Of a DNA stretch of 64,000 nucleotides, positions 1 to 9,219 are shown one piece after another (position 1 is the first letter of the stretch; each line of letters begins with the position of its first letter). This DNA comes from a virus: positions 1 through 64,000 of IMG/VR virus record IMGVR_UViG_3300020185_000033. One strand, 5' to 3'. A program made the translations under genes and the position numbers. The notes beneath the pieces are model-generated. The model was not told the origin of the DNA, did not search any database, and was given only the letters and a program-made list of their open reading frames with translations.

Positions 1-543
1 TGCTGTGATGTTTGAGTACTCAGCTATATAGTTGTTCCGGTTTAATCTACCTATAATGCTTGATCCCACACCTATATGACAGCCCTCACCAACTGTATAG
101 AATGCTATGTATGTGTTAGGTGCTATCACACAATAGTCTTCGACTCTCACAGCATGACTGAACACACATCCATATAACAAACAATGGGAACCTATGTGAT
201 TATTACTGTCCAGTATGCTGTTCTGCATCATGATAAGTGTGTTAACTCCTATCTGATTTATGTCATAAAAAGGAAAACTGCATGAACGATCCACTATGCT
301 GAACCAATTATCAGTGTTTAGATTGTTTACCAAATGTATTTTTAAATCCAATCCGCTTAAAGCACAAAAGAATTGACGTGACTTTGCCCATTCCGGAGGT
401 TGTGCTAGTGCATATTCAACGCTCACCAGCTCTGCATCTACACCATTCGCATTAAAATGTCGGTGTAGTTCTCGATTAATGTTGCCTTTGTTGCCTATAA
501 AACAACATCTTAATCCTCTGTCATGTATAATATCAAACTGCAT
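1..543 (-). CDS. Hexapeptide-repeat (left-handed beta-helix) acetyltransferase, PglD/NeuD-like; truncated at the window edge
   Basis: Not in the ORF track. Manual translation from ATG at 543 (MQFDIIHDRGLRCCFIGNKG...) stays open to base 1. It contains hexapeptide-like runs IGVNTL / IGSHCL / FSHAVRVEDYCVIAP / VGEGCHIGVGSSI. Confidence 0.65.
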   Translation of the reverse strand, partial: MQFDIIHDRGLRCCFIGNKGNINRELHRHFNANGVDAELVSVEYALAQPPEWAKSRQFFCALSGLDLKIHLVNNLNTDNWFSIVDRSCSFPFYDINQIGVNTLIMMQNSILDSNNHIGSHCLLYGCVFSHAVRVEDYCVIAPNTYIAFYTVGEGCHIGVGSSIIGRLNRNNYIAEYSNITA

Positions 544-549
544 TACTGT

Positions 550-1047
550 TTACCAAGTGTGTTGCCAATGTCTAACTGACTCTGCCCAATCTAAATGTGC
601 ATTAACAGCCAAGTACACTGCTGGAGTATGTGAATGAATGTTGCTCAAATGGAATGGATGGTGACTGCTCAGTATAAAAGTCTCCCCAAGCGCCACAGTT
701 TTGCTGTGATACTCATTGTTTCTAGGATCTGTGTAGCCTAACTGACTGGGTTCTTTACCCAAGTATAACAATAACATTGCTTTACGTTCACTGTTTGATG
801 CAAATGAATGCTTGTGACTCTCTCCACCTGCACTGATTGTGAACACGTTCATGCTCATACCACTACGCAATCTCAAGTCTTTAATAGCTTTGGAACCAAA
901 TGCATACATCAAGTCTCCTGGTACACTATGGCTTGTGGTGTGTATGTTCATGTGATTGGGTGGTTCAGGTGCTAGTGAATGTGTATGTTTCTCCACTGCT
1001 GTGCTTATGCTGTTAGCAATTCGTTTGCCTATCATTAATGGTGTCAT
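550..1047 (-). CDS. Hypothetical protein, His-rich, possibly cupin-like
   Basis: 165-aa ORF, ATGA-coupled to the upstream gene; no clear family motif. Confidence 0.5.
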   Translation of the reverse strand: MTPLMIGKRIANSISTAVEKHTHSLAPEPPNHMNIHTTSHSVPGDLMYAFGSKAIKDLRLRSGMSMNVFTISAGGESHKHSFASNSERKAMLLLYLGKEPSQLGYTDPRNNEYHSKTVALGETFILSSHHPFHLSNIHSHTPAVYLAVNAHLDWAESVRHWQHTW

Positions 1048-1736
1048 CGTTGTTTGTATCCTATCTGCATGAAGCGTGTGTACGCAGGTGTAATCATTTC
1101 TCCCACGTATGAGCTTCTACGAACGTCTAGTGGGTATTTTCTTTGTACGTCTGCAATACTGCTACAGGTATTTATATGCCCGTCATAGTCCTCACTGTTA
1201 TTTGTTTGCATCACTATTAACTGATCCTTTGCAACAGTGTCAAACCAATCCTGGTTCATATGCTCACAACTGGTGTTAATGATAATGTCTGGCTTAACAG
1301 TTATAAGTTCTCCACTAGTTTCAAACTGCATGTTACCACAGTCTAATTGACTTACATCTGCTACTACACCTTTATATCGCCAACCGTCTTGCACATACTT
1401 TTGATTAAGTTTCTCTGACTTAGTGATAGCATCAGCATCCATGTCAAAGCCATATACTCTTTGCGGTTCAATAACATGTATTAAAGGTTCCACCAGTGTG
1501 CCAATCCAACTGCCCAATATAGCAACAGTACAACTTCGATCAGGGTGTACAGCATTTAACTGTTCCAGTAACCAATTCTTTGACGCCAACTGCCCTTTGC
1601 TAAACGCATGTGCAGGATAGTAATTGCGATGCTGTATCACATGTTCGAAGTAACTGGGTGCTGGTATATAAAAGCCGTTGTCAATGTACTCGCTTACAGC
1701 CTCCCATGTGTCCAGTTGTATTGTTTCCAGTTTCAC
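1044..1736 (-). CDS. Class I SAM-dependent methyltransferase-like protein
   Basis: Motif-I-like VAILGSWIG, acidic GFDMD, ADV, and IINTSCEH; GTG start overlaps the upstream TGA. Confidence 0.7.
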   Translation of the reverse strand: MKLETIQLDTWEAVSEYIDNGFYIPAPSYFEHVIQHRNYYPAHAFSKGQLASKNWLLEQLNAVHPDRSCTVAILGSWIGTLVEPLIHVIEPQRVYGFDMDADAITKSEKLNQKYVQDGWRYKGVVADVSQLDCGNMQFETSGELITVKPDIIINTSCEHMNQDWFDTVAKDQLIVMQTNNSEDYDGHINTCSSIADVQRKYPLDVRRSSYVGEMITPAYTRFMQIGYKQR

Positions 1737-1885
1737 TTCTTTTGTCTCTCTATTAGTTCTAACACATAACTCAGTTCACCCACACATTTATCTATCACCA
1801 TGTGAGCAACTTCGTTATCGTTCTTGGCACGTTCTTCACATAACATATCTATTCTAACTCTGATGTATTTCTCAACTTTGTCCAT
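1733..1885 (-). CDS. Small hypothetical protein (50 aa)
   Basis: Manual translation MDKVEKYIRVRIDMLCEERAKNDNEVAHMVIDKCVGELSYVLELIERQKK*. GGGAG RBS upstream; fills the gap and its TGA overlaps the next GTG (GTGA). Confidence 0.7.
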   Translation of the reverse strand: MDKVEKYIRVRIDMLCEERAKNDNEVAHMVIDKCVGELSYVLELIERQKK

Positions 1886-4800
1886 TCTGCTCCCAACCAT
1901 TCGTAATCGTTAATCTTGTTTAATTGTTCAGCATTGTCCTTGTGCTTGATAGCAAACTGTTTTCCTTGTTCCGCACCTGCTTTTGCTTCACTTCTAAAGT
2001 ATGCATCAGGTACAGGATGTAACCAACTTTCCAGTCTACGCTGTGCATCAGGATCACGTTCCCTACTCAATGTTAACTTAACAGATTCTCTAAATGCACT
2101 ACGCCATGTACTCTCTGCATCTACATTAAAGTTTGTTACACAACTAATCTGTGGCATTGATTTAAATCTATTACTTAACCCTGTGGTAAAGTCTAAACCC
2201 CAACTGGTTGCACCACGCACTTGTTCTGTGTTAAACAGTTTAACTCCACCGTAACCGTACTCTTCACCCGTTACAGGATTCTTACTTGCCCACACATGTA
2301 CCACATCTTGGTCATACACATCTGGTATGTAATCAAAATTAAAGTCATCATGTACTAGTGCATCAGCATCAACTACCCAAAACAGTTTAGTGTCGGCTTG
2401 TTCTGCACAGTGCTTGTGTGCATTAAAGATACCTTTTAAACCCCTTACATGTTTTACTGTTAGTCCTTTACGTTCGATTGCTTGTATGTGTTGCTCAACA
2501 ACATCTATATCTTCTTTGTAACTGAGCATAAACACGTTGTAAGGTTTAATCTCACTTGCTGGCTGTTTAACATACTGTAACTTACCTGCATCAAGTTTAT
2601 TCAAACGTATCTTATCTGATGTTACTTCTTTCATAACATTAGTTACAGGATTGGGCCAAAGTCTAACTCCACCATAACTCTGTGTTAAACCTGTTGTTGG
2701 ATTAAGTCTTTGCCACACATGTGCTTTACGCACACTGTCTAGTTGAGGTGTATATGAGAATACAAACTGTTCTAGTTCTTGTACGTCATCATCTATTGTA
2801 AAGAACCAATCTTCATTCTCTGATTGTATACTGTCCATGTGTTGTTTAAGTGTACCACTTATCACAAGTTCTTTAAACATGTATTGCTTCCAATGTGTAG
2901 GAACTGTTGCTATTGTGTAAACTTTCTTTAACTTGCTGAAACTGTTATTAACAATCTGTTTAATGCTGTACTGCTTGTCGTCAAACGTGCCTTTGGGTAC
3001 TAGTCGCACACTTCTAAAGTCTTGGTTAGTGTCTTGGAACACATGCACAATATCTTCTTCCCACTTAGTAGGTATAAAGTCGTAGTTCCAATTAGTTGCT
3101 AATGTGATATAAGGATCCATTACCCAATACATAGCACTGTCACATCTAGTATCAAAGTCTGCAAGTTGTTCTAGTATATCCATCTCTCCGTCTAACCAGT
3201 ACTTAGGATATTCTTTTTGCTCTCCAGCCACAGCATCTAGAATAAACTGATCCGGGATACTACAAGTTAACACCTGCTCATCGCTTAACACACTTGCATC
3301 ATAACATGTGGGCCACAATCTAAGTCCGCCATGTCCAATAACTAAACCTTCTGAGTCTGTTCTCTTCCACACATGTACTATGTTGCTGTTATCAGTGTGT
3401 GGTATAATACTCTGAGCAATGATATCTGCATCTAGTTCTATGTCAGGATCAACTGTCCACACATAGCCTACGCCTTTGTGTTTGTTTAAAATTGATTGTA
3501 CTTCTTTACTAGTAAGGTCGTGCAATTGCTCTACGGGCCAAACAGGGTCTTTACTTGCTATGCCAGTCATTTCTTTTAAACTAGGATAACTGTTATCCTT
3601 AACCTCTTGTTGCTTGTAAGTGCCTTTAGGCATTAACTTAACGCCACTGTTCTTACTGTTACCTTTGTGTTGCCATATGTGTACAACTTGACCTTCCCAT
3701 CTGTTAGGTACATAATCAAATGTCCAATCGTCCATTAGTTCAACATGCGGGTCAACTACCCAGAACATATTACTTTTACAATTGTTACTGAATTGATTTA
3801 TTTGTTCTAGTAAACTGCTATCGCTATCCAAGTAACAAACAGCATACTCTTTATGTTCTCCTGCTACAGCATCTATAATTAATTGTTCGGGTATACTACT
3901 TGTTAGTACTTGTTCATCAGTTAGTTTGCTTGTATCATATGTAGTAGGCCACAGTCTTAACCCACCTGCTCCCACAGATGTTTTCCAAACATGTACATTG
4001 CTAATAAACTTTTCGTGCGGTATAATACTTTGTGTTATAATGTCGTTGTCTTGTTCTACATCGGGATCAACTGTCCAAACATAATGTGAATCACTGTGCT
4101 TGTCTAGTATTGCTTGTACACCTGCAACAGTTACTTCTGTTAACTGCTCACAAGGCCATACTGGTTCTTTACTTGCTACCTTAGGCATTTGTTTTAGTCT
4201 ATCGAACTTGTTCTCTATAATTTGTTCTGCACTAGTGTACTTTATATTAGTAGGTAATAGTCTAACACCTGTTTCTCTACTACTACCGTTGTGTTCCCAT
4301 ATATGAACAACGTCTTTATCATACTGTGTAGGGTAATAACTAAAGTCAAAGTCATCTTCTACTTCAACTAAACTGTCAACTACCCACATCATACTAGTGC
4401 TAGTATTACCTGCTAGATTCTCATAGACGCCGTCTAAGCCACGTTCGATGTCTTCTGGCTGTATGTGGTACACTGGAAATTCTTGTTGCGTACAAGCAGG
4501 TTCTCGTATGTATTTAGGTCTACCTTTCTTTTCATCTTTGTGTCTTAAACTAACACCGCCATAGTCGTATTGCTTGTTGGTGATTGGATTAAGTTTCTGC
4601 CATACATGTTGCTTGCCTTCGTCAAACACATTAGGTTGGAAGTTAAAGTCAAATGTTTCTAACACTGTAACGTCTTTGTCTATTACCCAGAACCAATTGA
4701 AACTACTTTCGGCAAGTCCTTGTGCATATGAATCAAACTGTTCAAACTGTATGTCCATTACAACAGGACTAAAGTCGTGTTCTTTTATTTCACCATTCCA

Positions 4801-6423
4801 GTCTGCAGGCATCCAACGTAAAAACCCATTGGCAAATACATGTTGTGTGTTCTTTTCAAACACACTGGGTTGCCACGGTATGCTACTAATAGCATCTTCA
4901 AATGCTGTAGGTACTATCCAACTATCTTCAGCAAGTGATTCAGCTGATGCATCAGTAAATCTGATGGGGTATGTCTTACCACCGACTGGGCTTTGCTCGT
5001 TGTATTTGGTATCGCCACTCCCATTGACTGGAACAAGTTTGATACCTCCTGCTCTGTTGTCGCTGATATTTGTAATTGCTCTTGGGTATTTGTGTTCCAA
5101 GTCATTCGGAAACTTGAATACTTGTATACACTTTTGGTCATGTCGTTGTGGTACATATTTAAAATCCTCGTTTATTTGATGTTCGCTGTCTACAAGCCAA
5201 AACATTTTAGTTCTGCTTTTCCTTGCAGGTGTTTCGTAATCGTTAATGTCGTCTGCATAAAATATATCATAACGTACTGGGCATATATCTTCTTGATGCT
5301 TATGCTTTGTCATGTCAAAGTCTTTGTGTACTAAACGCACACCTCCACATCTGTTATCCCATGCGTCTGTGCAGTCTAACGGATAACGTTCTTCTAAGTG
5401 TCCTGGTATCTTAAACACATGAATGTATTCACGCTCATGTACACTAGGCACGAATAATAGTTTACCATTGAATGTGTAATCTCTATCCACAATCCAAAAC
5501 CAATCAGTCTTACTACGCTCTGCATACTCACTGTATGTTTCTGCTGTAAACTCGTCATCGTCGATATAAAATACATCATACGCTTCGTCTTCTATAGGAC
5601 ATGCTTTGTGTATTTTTATTTCTGCATCTTTAAATTGCTTTGGTACTAAACTAATACCACCCATTGCTTCTGGGTACTTCTCTTGTAATTGGTAAGGCAT
5701 CTTAAACACATGAATCATTTCTGCTTCAAATGGATTAGGTACCCAATCGAAAGTGTGTAAGTTAGTTTTGTATTGTACATCTACTACCCATACATAGTCA
5801 TGATTGTATGTATTACGTTGTGCATACGCTGTAGGTGTCTTTGTAAACAACACAGGATAGTCTGCTTTAGTATCTAAGAACTTGTGATACTTTGTATCTG
5901 CTTGTTTCCAATCGCGTGGATATAACTTAACACCGCCTTCCTGTTTAGGATACTTGTGTTCTAGTTGTCCACGCAAATGAAAACTGTGAATAAAGTTAGG
6001 CTCGAAGTTCCCTGGTGCCCAATCTATATCTTCCCCTAAGATGTATTCACTGTCTATACACCAAACGTGAGTACTGTTAGGATTATGTTCAAAGTAGTTC
6101 CCTGGTGCTTCCTCAAACAACATATCAAAGTATTTCTTACATACCACTTTGTTATGCCATACAGTTTCTTTATTTTCACGTTTGGGTAATAAACTCACCC
6201 CTCCATAATTTTCGCTGTTCCATTTCCATACATGCTGATATTTCTCTGTGTGGGTATCAGGCTTAAAGTCAAATATTTCCCAATCGGTTATCTTTGTATT
6301 AGTATCTACTAGCCAATACATTTTTGTATTAGGCTGTATACTTGTAACCGTGTCTATTTGTTTTGCAAATGGCAATCTTTCTTTTAGTGTGTCGTTGTCA
6401 CCAATGTAAAAAATATCGTACAT
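1849..6423 (-). CDS. Multi-domain glycosyltransferase-like protein with about 14 tandem GT-A-like units
   Basis: Recurring ~100-aa unit W-x-[VI]-D-x-D ... F-x-[FY]-x-P ... H-[VI]-[WF] ... GG-[VIL]-x-L-x-P. The last unit (AHKHCAEQADTKLFWVVDAD...YGYGGVKLF...AFRESVKL) matches the single-domain protein at 28971-29969. Confidence 0.7.
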   Translation of the reverse strand: MYDIFYIGDNDTLKERLPFAKQIDTVTSIQPNTKMYWLVDTNTKITDWEIFDFKPDTHTEKYQHVWKWNSENYGGVSLLPKRENKETVWHNKVVCKKYFDMLFEEAPGNYFEHNPNSTHVWCIDSEYILGEDIDWAPGNFEPNFIHSFHLRGQLEHKYPKQEGGVKLYPRDWKQADTKYHKFLDTKADYPVLFTKTPTAYAQRNTYNHDYVWVVDVQYKTNLHTFDWVPNPFEAEMIHVFKMPYQLQEKYPEAMGGISLVPKQFKDAEIKIHKACPIEDEAYDVFYIDDDEFTAETYSEYAERSKTDWFWIVDRDYTFNGKLLFVPSVHEREYIHVFKIPGHLEERYPLDCTDAWDNRCGGVRLVHKDFDMTKHKHQEDICPVRYDIFYADDINDYETPARKSRTKMFWLVDSEHQINEDFKYVPQRHDQKCIQVFKFPNDLEHKYPRAITNISDNRAGGIKLVPVNGSGDTKYNEQSPVGGKTYPIRFTDASAESLAEDSWIVPTAFEDAISSIPWQPSVFEKNTQHVFANGFLRWMPADWNGEIKEHDFSPVVMDIQFEQFDSYAQGLAESSFNWFWVIDKDVTVLETFDFNFQPNVFDEGKQHVWQKLNPITNKQYDYGGVSLRHKDEKKGRPKYIREPACTQQEFPVYHIQPEDIERGLDGVYENLAGNTSTSMMWVVDSLVEVEDDFDFSYYPTQYDKDVVHIWEHNGSSRETGVRLLPTNIKYTSAEQIIENKFDRLKQMPKVASKEPVWPCEQLTEVTVAGVQAILDKHSDSHYVWTVDPDVEQDNDIITQSIIPHEKFISNVHVWKTSVGAGGLRLWPTTYDTSKLTDEQVLTSSIPEQLIIDAVAGEHKEYAVCYLDSDSSLLEQINQFSNNCKSNMFWVVDPHVELMDDWTFDYVPNRWEGQVVHIWQHKGNSKNSGVKLMPKGTYKQQEVKDNSYPSLKEMTGIASKDPVWPVEQLHDLTSKEVQSILNKHKGVGYVWTVDPDIELDADIIAQSIIPHTDNSNIVHVWKRTDSEGLVIGHGGLRLWPTCYDASVLSDEQVLTCSIPDQFILDAVAGEQKEYPKYWLDGEMDILEQLADFDTRCDSAMYWVMDPYITLATNWNYDFIPTKWEEDIVHVFQDTNQDFRSVRLVPKGTFDDKQYSIKQIVNNSFSKLKKVYTIATVPTHWKQYMFKELVISGTLKQHMDSIQSENEDWFFTIDDDVQELEQFVFSYTPQLDSVRKAHVWQRLNPTTGLTQSYGGVRLWPNPVTNVMKEVTSDKIRLNKLDAGKLQYVKQPASEIKPYNVFMLSYKEDIDVVEQHIQAIERKGLTVKHVRGLKGIFNAHKHCAEQADTKLFWVVDADALVHDDFNFDYIPDVYDQDVVHVWASKNPVTGEEYGYGGVKLFNTEQVRGATSWGLDFTTGLSNRFKSMPQISCVTNFNVDAESTWRSAFRESVKLTLSRERDPDAQRRLESWLHPVPDAYFRSEAKAGAEQGKQFAIKHKDNAEQLNKINDYEWLGAEWTKLRNTSELE

Positions 6424-6704
6424 CAGCCCTTACCTTTTATTAATGTATCTAGTTGTGTGCTGGTTAACGTTATAGGAGTAGCATTAAACAGTTCGCGTTC
6501 CATCCTGCGATCCATGTTGCCCCATGTGAGTTGTACAGAACTCCATTCACAATCGTCCTTATGGAATCTAGCATCAATACCACACACATGACATCTGCCT
6601 TTCATCTTCCACATCATTCTTTCTTCATCGGATAATGATTCATCGTGCAACCACGGTTCGCGTGATATTTTTAGAATTTCCTCTCTGCTAATCGTCTTTG
6701 ACAT
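6423..6704 (-). CDS. Small hypothetical protein with CxxC-x6-HxxxC putative Zn-binding motif
   Basis: Likely ATG start MSKTISREE at 6704 (track start 6761 lies further inside the neighbouring gene); motif CHVCGIDARFHKDDC. Confidence 0.55.
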   Translation of the reverse strand: MSKTISREEILKISREPWLHDESLSDEERMMWKMKGRCHVCGIDARFHKDDCEWSSVQLTWGNMDRRMERELFNATPITLTSTQLDTLIKGKG

Positions 6705-8256
6705 GAACGGGGACCTTGTAGTGTGTGGCAAATTCTTCTGCCTCTTTGGCTGTGTTAACAATAGGTTGTCCTTTAATATTTAAACTTGTATTAAGAACAA
6801 CTGGGCATCCTGTCTCGGCATACCATTGTCGCATAGCATGATATAGTTCTGGATGATTCCGTCTGTTTACTGTTTGCACTCTGCTTGTACCATCCCCATG
6901 TACAACCGCAGGTATTACGTCTGGCTTCTTACACTTGGCAACGAATTGCATGTAAGGCGAATCTATCTTGCCGCCAGGCATCTCAAACCAATCACTAGCA
7001 TGTTCTTCTAACACGATAGGAGCAAAAGGTCTGAACTGCTGTCTACGTTTAATCTCATTTACTTTATCCTTAATAGTGTCCCCTCTAGGATCAGCAAATA
7101 AACTTCTGTTTCCGAATGCTCTCGGTCCATACTCTGCAGGACCATTTGCAACTCCAAATATCTCTCCCTTGCGTAGACTTGCAAGGAACTTTTCTTTAGG
7201 CCAATCACCGTTAATGGTGTATCCCAAGAAAGGTGTTTTCCAATTAACACGTTTACCGGTTTTGTTATAATAAAATAGTGCCGCGGCTCCTAAACTGGAG
7301 CCAGCGTCACCTGGGTTAGGCATGATGTGTACGTTCTGATAGAGGTCATATAGTCTACTGTTGGCTACACAATTTAATGCACACCCTCCCATAAAAACTA
7401 AGTTGTTACTTTTAGTATATTCTTTGGCTAATTTTGCGTATGCCATAATACGTTGCTCACAAACTACTTGGGCACTTGCGGCTAAGTCAAACTGTATCTG
7501 CTCGTCTGATAGTGCCTCTTTGCTCACAAAACTTTCAGGTAAGCCTTTGCTCATGTCAATAGTCTGTAGTGCTGTTGACAAATTGCCTGTTATTTGACCA
7601 TTCCGTGTTTCACTTATTTCGCTTATGAATAATTCTTTGTTCATTTTTTCTACATACACAGGATTGCCGTAAGCCGCCATACCCATCAATATGTATTCAT
7701 CTTCCATAGGCTTTAATCCTACAGCACCTGTAATAGCACTATAAAACAAACCTAAACTATTTGGAAACTTAACTTCGTGCATTAAGTCTAGTCTAGTTGA
7801 TCCGCCTCTTTGTGTTTCCCATCTATAAATTGTTGCAGTCTGATATTCACCGATAGCATCAATTGTCATAATAGCACAATCGTCAAAGTTACTAGTTAGC
7901 ACTCCTGCCGCGGCATGACTCTCATGATGTAAACAGTTAGTAACAGGAATACCTTTTAGTTGTGGATAATACTTCGCTATCCACTCTTCAGCAGTAGGTT
8001 CAGTAAACGCCGACTTAATACTAGACCATGTCATTTGTTTTAGTTTACGCTTCTGTTTTAGTTTACTGCTTTCGTGTAAAACAACAACATCGGGTAGCCC
8101 ATGCTTGAGAGTATCCTTCATAAGTTTTTGATTTATGTAGGCATCGTTTTTTATTCTGCTGTATCGTTCAGCATGTCCGGCGAATAATATATCGCCATCT
8201 TCTATAACGCAAGTACTTGCGTCATGATACATACTGCTAATTCCTAATATTCTCAT
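6688..8256 (-). CDS. O-carbamoyltransferase, CmcH/NodU/TobZ family
   Basis: MRILGIS..YHDAS, AERYSRIKND, HHESHAA, DAIGE, EYILMGMAAYG, GGCALNC, PGDAGSSLGAA, EYGPRAFGNRS, RPFAP, HGDGTSRVQTV, LNTSLN. Confidence 0.95.
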   Translation of the reverse strand: MRILGISSMYHDASTCVIEDGDILFAGHAERYSRIKNDAYINQKLMKDTLKHGLPDVVVLHESSKLKQKRKLKQMTWSSIKSAFTEPTAEEWIAKYYPQLKGIPVTNCLHHESHAAAGVLTSNFDDCAIMTIDAIGEYQTATIYRWETQRGGSTRLDLMHEVKFPNSLGLFYSAITGAVGLKPMEDEYILMGMAAYGNPVYVEKMNKELFISEISETRNGQITGNLSTALQTIDMSKGLPESFVSKEALSDEQIQFDLAASAQVVCEQRIMAYAKLAKEYTKSNNLVFMGGCALNCVANSRLYDLYQNVHIMPNPGDAGSSLGAAALFYYNKTGKRVNWKTPFLGYTINGDWPKEKFLASLRKGEIFGVANGPAEYGPRAFGNRSLFADPRGDTIKDKVNEIKRRQQFRPFAPIVLEEHASDWFEMPGGKIDSPYMQFVAKCKKPDVIPAVVHGDGTSRVQTVNRRNHPELYHAMRQWYAETGCPVVLNTSLNIKGQPIVNTAKEAEEFATHYKVPVHVKDD

Positions 8257-8468
8257 CTATATATAAATGGATCATTCTTCCTGATATTATCAAGTTTCTT
8301 CTTTAACATTTCTTCTTCCTCTTCTGAAAGTTCAATGTCATCTAGATCCAAGTCCTGTTCTGTGTTTTTAGGTTTGTCTTCTGTCTTTGGTATAGGATTA
8401 CCGTACAAGTCACCTTGGTCTATAACCTTAGTTGTCTTACCTAATCCATTCATTTCATCTTCGCTCAT
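8253..8468 (-). CDS. Small acidic protein ending DPFIYR, coupled to the carbamoyltransferase
   Basis: 71 aa; AGGA RBS; ATGA overlap with the carbamoyltransferase start. Confidence 0.7.
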   Translation of the reverse strand: MSEDEMNGLGKTTKVIDQGDLYGNPIPKTEDKPKNTEQDLDLDDIELSEEEEEMLKKKLDNIRKNDPFIYR

Positions 8469-8469
8469 T

Positions 8470-9219
8470 TTACATTCCTGCTAATTCAGTTTTAAATTTG
8501 TTGTAGTACTGCTCGTGTATAAAAGCATCAGCATGTAGCCAATCGGAAAAGTGATTAGCATGTGTATCCTTATACTGATCTACAAAACTGTCATACGGTT
8601 CAAAAAATGTATCAAACGGAAAAGATTCTTTTAGGTGTTCTATGTTTAAGAACTCCCATTGACCTTCATCCATCTTTGCACAACTATTTGTTTGTATATA
8701 CTCTACACCTGCCTTCTTTAGGAAAGTGTCTAGTAGAGTAATATTTATTACACGTTTTGTCATTCCGAAGTCAAAGTCGGTATGATATAGTTGCAATGCT
8801 TTGAACCAATTTTTAAAGTTAGGACCGTCACCGTCTCTATAAAAAGGTTTATAGTCACAGCCGTTTGCCCAATGATAATGTTGCGTATGTCCGTTATGTT
8901 CGTGTGTAAACTCTATACGTTCGTTTGTGCTCCATCCTATTACTACTAACAGTTCACTAGGATCTCTACCTTGTTGTAACCATTTAGAAACAAACTGCAT
9001 GGTGCTTCTAACTATGTATTCATTACTTGCTCCAGGCACACACTGATTAATATAATTTAGATTGTAATCGTCTGCAAGTAAGCCAGGCCATACTAAACTA
9101 ATTGCTTTATTAGTTCTAGCAGTATTACCTTGCTCAACTACTTCGCTACCCGCTAAGTGACTACAGCCGCTAACGTATAACCACTTCTTATTGCTTACGT
9201 CCAACCTAGTAACTCCCAT
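8470..9219 (-). CDS. SGNH/GDSL hydrolase-like protein (possible sugar acyl-esterase or transferase)
   Basis: Block I LYVSGCSH, block II INQCVPGASNEYI, C-terminal DWLH catalytic-like motif. Confidence 0.7.
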   Translation of the reverse strand: MGVTRLDVSNKKWLYVSGCSHLAGSEVVEQGNTARTNKAISLVWPGLLADDYNLNYINQCVPGASNEYIVRSTMQFVSKWLQQGRDPSELLVVIGWSTNERIEFTHEHNGHTQHYHWANGCDYKPFYRDGDGPNFKNWFKALQLYHTDFDFGMTKRVINITLLDTFLKKAGVEYIQTNSCAKMDEGQWEFLNIEHLKESFPFDTFFEPYDSFVDQYKDTHANHFSDWLHADAFIHEQYYNKFKTELAGM

